Below are positions 1-13,499 of a stretch of DNA of 64,000 nucleotides, piece after piece. The stretch covers positions 4,005,456-4,069,455 of the forward strand of contig NC_068990.1 of NCBI RefSeq assembly GCF_001194135.2. The letters run 5' to 3'. A program made the translations under genes and the position numbers. Position 1 is the first letter of the stretch; the number at the start of each line of letters is the position of its first letter. The notes under the pieces are model-generated. The model was given only the letters and a program-made list of their open reading frames with translations. It made no database searches and was not told the origin of the DNA. This DNA comes from Octopus bimaculoides. Its lineage: Eukaryota.

Positions 1-46
<46 letters not shown>

Positions 47-2365
47 GCGCACGCACACACACACACACATATATATATACATATATACAAATATATATAT
101 ATACACCCACACACATATATATATACATATGTATGTAATGTTTCATATTTTTCTTCTTTTGTAGTTGTCTTCTAATACTGCTAATACTACTATGACATTT
201 TCTACTGTTACCACTACTACATCTACCTGAGGTTGGTTATTGCCCCTCTCAACACACACACATACACACATATTTGAAAAATTTATGAGTCTACATTTGT
301 CTTGCTTCTCTCTCTTAGCTTTTCATTTCTCAATCAAACTCCCTTCTTAGTTTCTCTTTTTTGTTTTTGTTTTGTTTTTTTTGTTTGTTTTTTTTCATAA
401 TTCTGCAAGTTTTACTTTCATCGATGACGTTAGACCCAACATGATACAAAAATAGAGATATTTGGGAAAGTTCCATCAAAAACTGGCACGAATATCAAAA
501 CTTCTCACATTCTTCTACAGACGAGATCTAAAGCTAGTTGCACCTGGTTTAACTTTCAAATCGCAAGTCTATTCCAGAGAGGAGCATGACGGGTGTCAGA
601 AAAAGTAAACATAATTTGAGGCTAAAATGACAGGTACAAAATGAACTCCTCAAATAACTTTCAACAGGGCGAGAAACAGAATCCAACAACAATAATCAAC
701 ATCATCATCATTGTTTTTACATCCACTTTTCCTTGCATGCATGGGTCAGACAGAATCTTGTTGAGGCAGAGCTTTTTTTTTTTACAGTTGGATGCCTTTC
801 CTGTTGGCAACCCTCACTTGCTTCTATGTAAAGTAATATTTCCCCATAAACAAAAAAAGACATTTCCATAGAAGATCACATGGTGGTGATATTCATTTAC
901 AACTATCACATGATGTCAAGGCAAGAGATAGTCACACATACATGCATACACACTCACACACATAGTGTGTGTGTATGTGTGTCTGGGTTTCACAGCAGAA
1001 GACACTTGCCCAAGGTGCCATACAGAGGAATTGAACCCAAAACCATATGCTTAGGAAGTGAATTTCTTACCACACAGCCATGCCAGGACCAATATTTGGA
1101 TAAAGATTTTATTAGATCAAGGCATGTCAAATATGAAAAATAGAGTACTTGAAAGATTGAAGTACGGAATACATTAAGGGTCAGTAAGTATCTCTGAGTA
1201 TCGTATTCTTTCATTCTTTTACTTGTTTCAGTCATTTAACAGCAGCCAGGGATTTTAATCAAAGAAATCAACCCCAGAATTCATTCTTTTGAAGCTTAGT
1301 ACTTATTCTATTGGTCTTTTTTTGTGAACTGCTAAGTTACGGGGGATGTAAACACAACATCGGTTGTCAAGCAATGGTGTGAGGACACACACATATAAAT
1401 ATAAATAAGGTAGCAAGCTAGCAGAATCATTAAAGTACCAGTCAAGTACCAGTCAAGTACTGGGGTTGAAGTAATGGACTTTCCCCTCCTCTCAAAGACT
1501 GCTGGCCCTAGACTATTTCTAACAGGTAAGGCAGAAAATTGGCAGAATCTTTAAAACATCAGACAAAATGCTTAGCAATATTTTCTCCATTGTTACATTC
1601 TGAATTGAAATACTACCAAGGTCAACTTTGCCTTTCATCCTTTCAGGGATTGATAAAATAAGTACCAGCTACGCACTGGGGTCGATGTAATCAACTTGCC
1701 CTTACCCAAATATTTGTCCTGGCATGGCTGTGTGGTAAGAAATTCACTTCCTGTGCCAAAATTTGAAACTATTTCTAGCAGGCTGTATGACCACATACAA
1801 GCTTCCCACGTTAGCTCAGTATAAATCCATATTGTTTTGTTTTATGAGACAGATCAAAGAGATGTGATTTGTCATAAAAATTTCCATCTCAAAATTTTTC
1901 TCCAATACATGATTTCTAGTATTGTTTTGTAAATTCACGTCCGTCACTTATTTATGTTTATACTTTCACAGTTGATCTAGTTTTCTGTATTCCTTTGTTT
2001 TATTATCTCTTCTTCTCTCAGACAAATCAGAAAACGTAATCAGCAGAATTGAAATTGATTTGATCAATGGAAGCATTCTTGGAAAATTAAGAATGGTGCA
2101 ATGTAGCCAACATTTTATAGAAACTAGTTTGCCAAAGTAAAAGGGAAAAAAAAATTATTAGAACAAAAGTTATAGCATAATTATGTAATACAGAAATGAT
2201 TGTGATTTCTTTTGTTTTTTTTACTTTCCATTTTTCTTAGAATCATATTATTACAATTATTTATTTATTTATTTATTTCTAAATAATACAAATATAATTT
2301 TTATCTCTTTATTGTGTTTCATAAATCTATTAATCAATGCATTCAATTTATTACTTTTATGTTAC

Positions 2366-2411
<46 letters not shown>

Positions 2412-2509
2412 TACATACACATATATATATATGTGTGTGTGGTACTTTTATAGATATTTTATTTCATATACTTTATGCAATCAGTCTCTAAACACCAAAA
2501 GAATTAGAT

Positions 2510-2515
2510 TTTATT
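2510..2515 (-). terminator. Candidate polyadenylation signal AATAAA of the EGFR-like gene
   Basis: Plus-strand tttatt at 2510-2515, followed on the minus strand by a U/GU-rich tract (ttttggtgtt). AT-rich DNA produces such hexamers by chance. Confidence 0.3.
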
Positions 2516-2744
2516 ACAGACAATAACTATAACAATCATATTTTGGAAGTACATTCATTTTTTTAATATCATTCATTTTGTTTTGTTTTCCTATTATTAT
2601 TATTGGCAGATATGGCATTGCTCAGTCTCCAATGTCAGCAAAACAAACAAAAAAACGTAAAAAATAAACAAAACAAACAAAAAAGAAAAACACTTGTCTT
2701 CTTGTTTTGATGGTGCTTAGAGATAGTTGGGTATAATAATGCTT

Positions 2745-2805
2745 TTAATGTAGACGGTGAATCTTTTTGGAAGTTCTCTTCTTTTTCTTTCTAGGACTGA
2801 GTTTC
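2745..2805 (-). CDS. Candidate terminal exon of the EGFR-like gene: (R)KLSPRKKKKRTSKKIHRLH* in phase 2
   Basis: Very strong acceptor (ttcttatttctttttctatttcttttcag|G), phase-compatible with the 28641 donor. It continues the K/R-rich composition, and AATAAA follows about 230 nt after the stop. Splicing across the 25.8 kb intron is inferred, not shown. Confidence 0.45.
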
Positions 2806-3128
2806 CTGAAAAGAAATAGAAAAAGAAATAAGAATATTGGAAACAGATAAATCTCTGAGGAGAAAAAAAAAACATGAGGTCAAATGACTATCTCATTTGA
2901 TGGGTAACATATGAATAAAGTTCTTGTCTCTTGACCTAAAATTGGGTTAAACACTAACTTTTCAAGTAAACTTCCAGTTAACATCAAAATCAGTTACATC
3001 TAAAAGATACTTCGACTTTATTCACTGTTGCTGAATGTGGCTTTGACAAAGAAATCCTAGAATGATTTAGACTCTGCACCACAACAGCCTCTCATTGGTG
3101 AGTCAGCAGTGGTGGCCACATCACTTAC

Positions 3129-3172
3129 TTGCCATCTCCTCCTGGATTCTAGCTAAATTCTTCTCAGTTGCT
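3129..3172 (-). CDS. Candidate 44-nt cassette exon: (R)ATEKNLARIQEEMA, phase 2->1
   Basis: Acceptor tttatgctggttacag|A, perfect donor GCAA|gtaagt. It is open only in phase 2, which is the phase left by the 28641 donor. Confidence 0.3.
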
Positions 3173-4994
3173 CTGTAACCAGCATAAACATTCAGTTATA
3201 CTCTTTTATCCTTTCCCTGGTTTTGGTTGCAGGTTTTCAGTTGTGCCAGGAGCACAGCCATCAAGAATTCAAACAGTCATATTGACTACAGGATTTATCG
3301 CAGTCAATTGAATATTTATACATATTTGATGCTCCACTAAGTTATAAACACACACAAACGAGTATGCATACATACACACACACACACAAATTCATGCATA
3401 TCTACATGCATACATCATCATTATCATCATCATCATTTAATATCCATTTTCCATGCTGGCATGAGTTACAAGGTTTGACTGGATCTGGTAAGCTGGAAAG
3501 CTGCTCCAGGCTCCAGTCTGTTTTGGCTTAGTTTCTATGACTGGATGCTCTTCCTAATGTCAACCACCCCACAGAATGTACTGGGTGCCTTTTACATGTC
3601 ACCAGCACTGGTGCCATTTACATGACACCAGTACTGGCTACAAATCCATATTTTGTTTATAATTAACACAAGAAAAAATTATTCAATACATTGTGTATAT
3701 GTATACATATATGTGTGCATAGATATAGACATATATGAGTGGTGCTGAAAAATTTCTAGCTTTAAGGGTATCGCGAAAGGTCTGGTTAGAAGCCCAGGCT
3801 TCCAACAGTAGACTGCTAATAACCATCGTTACTCTTTACCAGTGGCTACAAAGATGCTCCCTTGTTGATTTAGTATGTTTTAGTTGAGTCACCTGATGAA
3901 AATTTGAGACTAAGACATATAAATGAAGATATAACCCTTTTAACGTTCAGATTATTCTATCAAATGAAATGCTTATTTATATACATTGTTTTGGATTAAT
4001 CATACATTATTTCATAGCTTGAAGATATTGATAATGTGTTTGTTTAATTTTAGAAGATATTGTGGGGTAGGTGTGAGAAGTAAGATCCAGCCAGTTTGAA
4101 CATAAAACAGGTAGAATATATGTGCCAGACATGGTCAGTTTAAATGCTAAAGACAGGAAGGTAATGGTTTTAAAACAGATGTTGTTTATCGTTGGTTTCA
4201 TTATATGAAACAGAAAAACTAATTATTCACTGTTGGATAAATTATAAGCTTACTGTAGATAGACTTATGATTATTGTAATCTCTAACCACTAAATTTCAG
4301 GCGTAGTACCTATATTAGAAATAATTGTCATTATTACTAATGCCTTGTAGTATTTGTTCTGGCTCTTTACATCCAGAGTTCAAATCTTGCCAAGGTCAGC
4401 ATTACCTTTCATCTTTTAAAGTCAATAAAATAAAATACCAGTTCCCTCCCCCCCCCCAAAAAAAATTCTGTTCTTTTGCTCTATGTTACAAATTATTAAT
4501 GACCTGGTACTGATTCTGAACTTAGACACTAATATAGTGAAGATTAAATTCCTTGAGATGGTGCCCCAGTATGGCGATGATCCAATGACAGATACATTTT
4601 TATGTACTGCAATCAACTAACAGCTATAGACATTTCTGGAAACAAGAAAGATTATATCAAGTTGAGTCTGGTTAGTTGGTTCCTAACTAAATCCTTAAGT
4701 ATTGTCTACTGGTTCTCTAAACAGCTGAATCAACAGAGAATGTTTGCTTTGTCTCTAACAATATTGACTTGTTCAAATTTTTCAGCAGAGAATCTTAAAG
4801 CCATTAAACTTGGAGGAAATGCTACAAATCTGAGGATGTTGGAAAATAAATATTTTGGCTACACTTCAGAACAATGAATTCTATTAATCAATGTAAGATT
4901 TGCAGCTTTACTTGAAGAAAACCAAAATAATCTTTTCTTTCTGCATCCTGCACGTGTTATAACAACATGTAAAAAAAATACACACATCAAGTAT

Positions 4995-5030
<36 letters not shown>

Positions 5031-5830
5031 GTTGTCGTTTAACATCCGCTTTCCATGCTGGCATGGGTTGGACGGTCTGACTGAGGACTGGCAAGCCAGA
5101 AGGCTGCACCAGGCTCCAATCTGACCTGGCAAAGTTTCTACAGTTGGATGCTCTTCCTAACACCAACCACTCCATCTATAAATGCGTGTGTGTGTGTGCA
5201 TTATATGTATATATGTGGTATTTGCTATGCTTCTTTACATTCTGAGTTCAAATATTACAAATGTCAACTAAGCTTTCAAACCTCCAGTGGTCAATTAAAA
5301 AAAAAAGGTACCAGTTATATACTGGCATCAATATAATCAACTATTCCATGTGACAAAAAAATCTCAGGCCTTGTGTCTATCTTAGGAACAAATCTTTTTC
5401 TCATCTTCCTCCTTCTCCTCCTCCTCTTCCTCATCATTATCATCATCATCATCAGTTATGTAATGCATAACACCAACTGCCACTTTAGATACAAAATAAC
5501 AAGAGAAAAGTAAGACAGAGAGAAAAAAAAAATTAGAATCTTAAGTCAAAGAATATTTAATACAACGAAATGATAAATTCTCACCGCCGGAGATCAAACC
5601 CAAATTAAAATTTGATACATTCAAATCAATATTTTCTAGAAAATGAAATATTTTGAAACACAAACAAACAAACAAAGTAACAGAGAAATAGGAAATCACT
5701 TAAAGATTTCGTTAAGAGAAATATAAACAAAAATTTATGAAAAAAAATATAATAATGATAATATTAATGTTATTAATATTTATAAAAAATATTAATAATG
5801 ATTGCTCAGATAGATGAATACAATTTCCAG

Positions 5831-5923
5831 TATAATAATAATAATAATAATAATAATGACAATGCCAACAATGACGATAATAGTAATAATAATGATGATG
5901 ATGATGGTGATAACAACAACAAC

Positions 5924-5989
<66 letters not shown>
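5831..5989. repeat. (AAT)n/(AAC)n/(GAT)n compound microsatellite
   Basis: Directly visible; source of the poly-N/poly-L/poly-I pseudo-ORFs. Confidence 0.97.
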
Positions 5990-6820
5990 TGCTTCTGCTT
6001 ACGAGAGATTTTTACCACCGAAACTTACTATCGATTAAGCTCCATGATTTCATGTTCAAGATGAAATGGAGAAACATTAGTTTTGTTTTTGTTTCTCCTT
6101 TCTTTACATTTATTGATTATTAATAACATTAGCTTACCTGACACAAAATAATAATAACAATAATAATCTTTTCTATTATAGGCAAAAGGCCTGAACTACT
6201 GGGGTAGGGGTCCAGTCGATTACATCGACCCCAATGTTAGACTGGTGTATATATGCATACATACATAATGTATATATGTATATGTATGTATACATACACA
6301 CCATACACACAGGCACCAAGCACACATACACACACTCTCTTAAAGAAAGGGAAAAGAGAATATAAGAAATTTGCTCTCTTGAACTGAAGAGGGAGAGGAG
6401 AGTATTAAAGGAGAAGATATAGTAATGAGAGAGGAAAGAGATGGGGAAAATCTCACAAGCTCCACTTGAAGGAATAACAAAATCAACATTAGCAGCATTT
6501 TAATGTAAAATCGTGACCATCCATACAGACAGGCATGTCTTCTGTATCCCTCTTTCAGCTGAGAAACCCTACTCTTGCAGGCTCGTAGGTGCTGGAGCCA
6601 TGTAAAAGCACCAGTGCTGGTACCACATAACAGCACCTGTGCTAATGCCATGTAAAAGCACCCATGTCGGTGTCACGGAAAAGTGCCCATGCTGGTGCTA
6701 CATAAAAGTACCCACGCTGGCACCATAGAGAAAGCATGCAGTACACTCTGTAAAGCAGTTGGCATTAGGAAGGGCATCCAGCTCTAGAAACCCTGCCAAA
6801 ACAGACATGTGGAGCCCAGT

Positions 6821-6891
6821 CAGCTCCCCAGCTGGTCAGCTCCCCAGCTGGTCAGCTCCCCAGCTGGTCAGCTCCCCAGCTGGTCAGCTCC
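6821..6891. repeat. Perfect 16-bp minisatellite (CAGCTCCCCAGCTGGT) x4.4 inside a SINE
   Basis: Units start at 6821, 6837, 6853, 6869 and 6885. Confidence 0.95.
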
Positions 6892-7594
6892 TGTCGAGCC
6901 GTCCAATCAAAGCCAGCATCGAGAACAGATATTAAGTGATGATGATGATGACGACGATGGCTTTTCCATGCTTACATGGGCCAACTGAAATTCATTCAGG
7001 TAGATTTTTGTACAGCTGGATGCCCTTCCTGCTGCATATCTTTGTTTCCAAGCACAGTAACATTTAGCTATGACCAGACATGGTGTAGAGGAAGATTGGA
7101 AATGAAAGGCACTGTAACATGATTACACTTATTTACAAAATACAGCAAATGGCTTTCTTACAGGTTCAAATATGTCTCAAACTGATTTGAACAGGCAACA
7201 AATCTGTAATAATATACATCACAGCTGAGCACTTTTATTCCATATTGAAGTTATATATTTTTTTTTCTGTTTTTTCTCTGTATGAGTTGGGTATATTTTT
7301 AATGGTTATAAGGAGGTGAGACAGAGTTATCCTGACATCATTTAGGGTTTTTTTCTAAGTTTCAAAAAATTCTTATCATCTGGATTATTGATGCCATGAA
7401 AAAGTAAAGGATATAAGAGAAACTGATGGCCACTTTAGATGACAAGATAGATGAGCACTGACTATCATACCAGAGAACTTTTGAACATATTATCAATCAG
7501 ACAAGATACATGTGCGTGTGTATGTGTGTGTGAGTGTGAGTGTGTGAGTGTGTGTGTGGCTGTATGTGTGTGTATATACATGTGTGTATGCTTC

Positions 7595-7648
<54 letters not shown>

Positions 7649-7797
7649 TGTGTACATCTATGTGTGTGTATGTGAATGGATGTCTGATGTGTACACATAT
7701 ATATATGCACGTGTATGTGTCTGTATATGTATATATGTGTGTGTGTGTGGATATATTTAGTTATTTATGTGTATATCTATATATCTATTTATCTATC

Positions 7798-7831
<34 letters not shown>

Positions 7832-7841
7832 NNNNNNNNNN

Positions 7842-7876
<35 letters not shown>

Positions 7877-8844
7877 TCATCGTCAACAACATCATCATTT
7901 AGTGTCCACTTTCAAAGCTGGCATAGGTTAGATGGTTTGACTGGAACTGGTAACCAGGAGAGCTATACCAACTTACCCACCCGACTGGCCTCCATGCTGG
8001 TGGCACGTAAAAAGCACCCACTACACTCTCGGAATGGTTGGCGTTAGGAAGAGCATCCAACTGTAGAAACTTTGCCAGATCAGAGTGGAACCTAGTGCAG
8101 CCTCCTGATTTGCCAGTCCTCAGTCAAACCATCCAACCCATGCCAGCATGGAAAGCAGATGCTAAACAATGATGATGATGATGATGATGATGATATATCA
8201 TTATGTCTAAGTATGTGTACATGTGCAACGAGATCTACAAACAGAAGCTCAGAAATAGACAGTGAAATACACAGATATACAGACAGATACAAAGATGGTG
8301 GATTCAATAACCTGTTTGAAAATGTATCATTTGTAGCTGACCACAGCAATAAACTAGAGTTAAGATCACAGTTTAGGAGAAAGAAAGACACATAATAAAA
8401 AAGACTAAAATCAACATATTTTTACCCACTTTACAATGTGGAATGAATAGGAAAATGTGTAGCTACCATGTAAATTTATTGCAACTTTATGCAGTGAAGC
8501 TCAGCCCCGAGCTACACATTTGATATATTTCTGCAAAGAGAAGTAGAGTTACATAAAGCTGACTTGCAGGCTAATCCACCTGGAATAATGTTAAAATTTC
8601 AAATTGACTGTTCAGTTGTAATGTTTTATTGCTGTATTGTTTCCATGTAAAGTTTTGTGAACATTTGTGTACCTAATGCTAACTGAGGTATATGTTTATA
8701 AAGTGCATTTTTATGTACATATGGTTAAGTATGAGACTATATGTGGTGTGACTGTGTGTGCACATATACGTGTGTAAATATGCACGTGAATATATATATA
8801 TACGTGTACGTGTGTGTATATATATGTATGTATGTGCATGTATG

Positions 8845-8918
<74 letters not shown>

Positions 8919-9193
8919 TCTGTTTCCAAACAAGTTAATAATTCCCCCAGTCTATCGAGCAATGAAAAGCCTGGACATGCTTTCATGAAGGACTGCAGCA
9001 AACAACATTGTCTGTATGAATGGTGATGCTTTTGATAACAGTCAGCACAAACATGTCAACACACATGCATGTACATATATGTATATATATATAAGGTGTG
9101 TTATGAGCATTTACAGGGCACGTATCCTATATAAACTCAACAAACAATTAAAGATGGAGAAGAGATGATGTTAAAGGATGAAATTGAACTCAG

Positions 9194-9235
<42 letters not shown>

Positions 9236-9293
9236 AAGAACATAAATATATTCATTTGAATATATACCATTTTGCCTTGTAACTCCTTTATTA

Positions 9294-9335
<42 letters not shown>

Positions 9336-11566
9336 TATAGGCTTCTTCTAGTTCCTAATAAATTTCCCTCATAGGTATTTTTAAATAAATTTTTTCTACT
9401 TTTTTTTGTTTTTGTAAGTTCTAAATCATTCATCCTTTAGCATTTGAACTGGTTATATCCAGTCAGTTCCTGTTTCACATTCAAACTGGCCAACTCCAAC
9501 CTCTCACACCTTCCTTACAACATTAGTCTAAAAAATATACAATCACATCATCAAAAGTTAATGCTAAAGAGTTAATGCTCATAATATAAAAACCCAAAGG
9601 CTCCACCTTTTTTTCTGATTTTTAAAAAATGTTTCGATAAAAAAGTCAGTAGGTGATGAAAAAACAATTCCATGTTAAAACTAAAAAAGTCTCAGATATT
9701 AATAATTGATTTTGCACAGGATCATATCCTATATATGCTTCATATTACCTGCCTTTTATACAGGCAGCAAAAACTGCTGCTCTCAGCTACAAGATTACAA
9801 AACTACTCATTGCTTATTCATTTATTCATTAATTTATTTGTAATGGCTTAATCAGGACAGAAAGAGCTGTGTCTATGACCTTTTAGAGCAGTCATGAGCA
9901 AAGTACAACATTTAGGACTTTCTGAATGGCACAGCAATGAAAAATTACCTTGTTTCAGTAGTGCATACTGACCGATAGTGTAGAGGCACATGGTTTAGTT
10001 TATAAATGATTGGAAAGCTTGTGTAGTGTTTGTGGATGGATGAGTGAATTTGATGTTGCTCAAAGGGGTACTGAACCAGTATGATGTGACAGGGGTAAAC
10101 CAGCATATGTTGTCAGGCCCCGCTGCTGATATTAGGAGTTGCGTTCTATACATTGATCCGAGCATAGGATGGGGCTCACCTCTTTGAGCTGGGAAATGAA
10201 TGGAATGTCTGGTGTGTGTTTTATTGTGGCTACCACCTTCCAAAGTAATGGGGAATAGGCTTGAGTATATGTACGTATATATGTTTACCTGCCTGATAAC
10301 GAGCCATGTCTTATGCTGCCTACCTCTCGAAAAAAATGTTTTACAATGCCTGCTTTAGAGGGTCACCGAGATTGATAATAAAATGTTATCTTCAAACTGG
10401 AGACCTCATTTGAATATCTGCTATAAAGAGGACTCTGTTAAAGGCACCAATGGTAGTTTTAAACTAGGCAACACAGTAAGTCTAATATCCAAGAATAGGT
10501 GTGTTTCATCTAAGAGGTTTCAACATAGTTTTAGTCTACCAAATTTGAAATGCAAGGAATTATTCTACCCAAGGTTTTCATAAAAGACATATACCCAAAG
10601 TGATATGCAGTGGAATCAAATGTAAAAACCACAGACCTGTAATGTGCTGAAAATAAAACTGAACCAGGAACCGTGTTGCCACAAGTCAGACTTCTTAATG
10701 ACACAACCATACCAGAATCTGTGTTGTAACAATCTAACCATACCTGCATCCATCTTATCAATTCTCTTCCAGAATTCACATAATATCTATATAACCACAT
10801 TTACATGCCATGTACATAACTACATCTAAATGATATCTACGTATTGATATCTACATAACCAGATCAATATCATCTTTTCTCCATACATACCTCAGGACCA
10901 AAATGTGAAATGTGTTCATTATTATTTATGAGAAAAAAGTTTAAAATTATTATAAAACAACAAAATATTTTTTATGGCTCCATTTTATTAACAAATCATT
11001 TATTACTCTATACTTGAAGAATATAAAATTTACTTAAGTTTACATAAAGTTTTGCTTTTGTAATATTTTTATATTTAATTTTTATCTTGTCAACACATCT
11101 CTTTAATTCTGACAGATTTTTTTCTTTTCATCATAAAACACAATATCAGGTTTTTATATCAAACCATCAAACAATATTATTGATGTAGCAAGGAAACAAG
11201 CATCATAAAAACAAAAAAGACATATAAATTTTAAATATAAAATGCATTGCAAAATAAATTTAGTGTCGATATAAAACCATTTTAGCCTTTTTGATACATA
11301 CACAGGGGGAGTATCTTCAACACATCTACAAATACAAGCCAGTATGTTTGTGTGTATTTGTGGAGCTGTTGCTAATGTAATAGCATAATCTTATCCTCAG
11401 TTATTTTTAGAAAGTTGCTCAAATGCATTCTGCATCTACAAAAGTAATGCACTACCCGTTCTTAGGAACAAATGCAGTGGTCACTGACCACAAGTTCGTA
11501 AATATGTGCAATGGATGCAACAGATGGTTAATATACAATAGATACTGCAGACTAGTTGAGTCAATA

Positions 11567-12476
11567 TATTGGGTCATCCCATAAATAATGTAGTTTTTTT
11601 ATACTTCTTTTATTTTTCAAAATTAAGATAAACAAAGTTCTTTTTTAATCTAAGATATACTCTCTTTCATTTCCTACAATGTTCTTCTATCTATCTGGTA
11701 GACTTGCAAGGCCCCTCTTCCAAAATTCACTTGTCCGTGACGAAAAATACTCCTCCAGTACTATTCTGACCTTGTCTACAGAATTCATATTTTTTCAGTC
11801 CAAATGGTTTTGAAGACTGCAGAATAAATGATAATCAAATGGAGCAATGTCTGGCGAACATTGTGGGAGGGACATTGTTTTCCATTCAAACTGCTCCAGC
11901 CTTTGGAATGTCATCCTCACTTTATGTGGCCAAGCATTATCCTGATGGAAGAATACTTTTCATCTTGAAACCCATTTTCTGACTTTTCCAATGGCACACA
12001 AGTGTCGATGAATGGCTGAATGACCAAATCCAAGTTTCTCTGCTAGTTCCTCAACGGTTATGATTGGGTTTTGTTCCACCAGGGTTTGCAGGATGTTCTC
12101 TACTGATCTTCCTGGACAAGGATCGTCTTCTAGGCTGTAGTTTCCAGCTCAGAATTTCTGGAACCACAACTGATGCTGGATTACACTTATTGACCAATGC
12201 CCATATACTGCATTAATATTCTTCGCACTTTCCATTTTGTTGTTGCCTTTATTGAACTCATAAAGAAAAATATGCCAAATATGCTCCTTTGTCACTTCCA
12301 CTATAGCTTTGAAAAAATAACTGTAAAAATTGAACTGCACTCTTCAAAACTTGCACTAAGAATAAGGCCAAGGTAAAATTACTAACTGCTTTTATAGCAG
12401 GTAGTTTATCCCGTCGCCCTCTGACTTTTAGTTCATGCAATTGAAAAAATTGCATTATTTATGGGATGACCCAATA
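11567..12476 (-). mobile_element. Internally deleted mariner (DD34D-type) DNA transposon
   Basis: TIRs TATTGGGTCATCCCATAAATAATG / CATTATTTATGGGATGACCCAATA with TA on the left flank. Decayed transposase on the minus strand: EVTKEHIWHIFLYEFNKG..., FHQDNA.PH, SPDIAP.DYHLF. Confidence 0.9.
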
Positions 12477-13499
12477 CAAATAAACAAATGTATCAGAGAA
12501 CACCACAGTTCTTATTCTGCTCCAACCAATATTTCGTGTTTGTGACCAAGACATATAAACCTCCAAGAACTCTGCCAATATACTTATATAAAACACCATT
12601 ATCATGGCAGAGATATCACACACACACACTCTCTCTCTCTCTCTCTCTCTCTCTCTAGACACAGAAACACTAATACAACCCAGCAGGACAACTGAAAAAA
12701 ATAACTCTAAAAGACTGGAATCTCTACAGTTTCCTGTGAGTATTTTGAATTTTCCTCAAAATAAGTTGAGGAAGTTATACAGCTTTCGAACGCAATAAAC
12801 AATCAGTTTTAAAACCGTTAATATCTACACCTTCTGTGAATACCTATTATTTTTTTCCTCTTTGAATATTCGAAAATGTAAACATCCTCTTTATTCCAAG
12901 AACACTACAGTTTTCTCTGTTCCGACAGACAAAAGACCATCTCCAGTAAATTTTAAAAACTTCATATTTACAATTTTCTCTGAAAAAATTTTAACTTCCT
13001 TTTCTTTCTGTTCCTGTTTCCCTGAATATTCAAAAATGTAAACAGCCTTTTTATTGTAGAAAAAACAAAAACACCACAGTTTTCTCTGAACGGACATAGA
13101 AATGAACACCTCAAAAAATTTAGAAACTTTAATATCTCCAATTTTGTGGGAACATTTTGTCTTCCGTTCTTCCCTGACTAACAGAATATGTAAACATGCC
13201 TTTTATTGTAACAACACAATTAAATGCATGATAAAAAAATTAAGGAAGTAAGCACCTACCAATATATACATACTGCACAACTACAAAAACTGTAAACCAC
13301 AGCAAAACTTTTAAAAAGAAAAGAAAAAGAAAAAGAAATTGAGAAATTCGAAAATCCAACAAGGTGAACATCTCTTCCTCCTACTATTCCCAAAGACTGG
13401 AATATCTACAATTTCCTGTGAATATTTTAAAGCTCCCTCAAAATAAAATAAGTTAGGAAACTTAAATACCTAGAGCTTTCGAACACACAAACGATCAGC

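Noticed and set aside
420-640. Penelope-like ORF N-terminal fragment
   Set aside because: Only a vague resemblance; too short and degenerate to support without a profile search.
2022-2140. Plus-strand terminal exon of a convergent gene (strong acceptor at 2021; a second near 2609)
   Set aside because: Short ORFs with no recognisable homology and no supporting upstream plus-strand exons in the window; pyrimidine tracts are common here.
6821-6891. CRISPR-like array
   Set aside because: Head-to-tail units with no spacers, in eukaryotic DNA with no cas genes.
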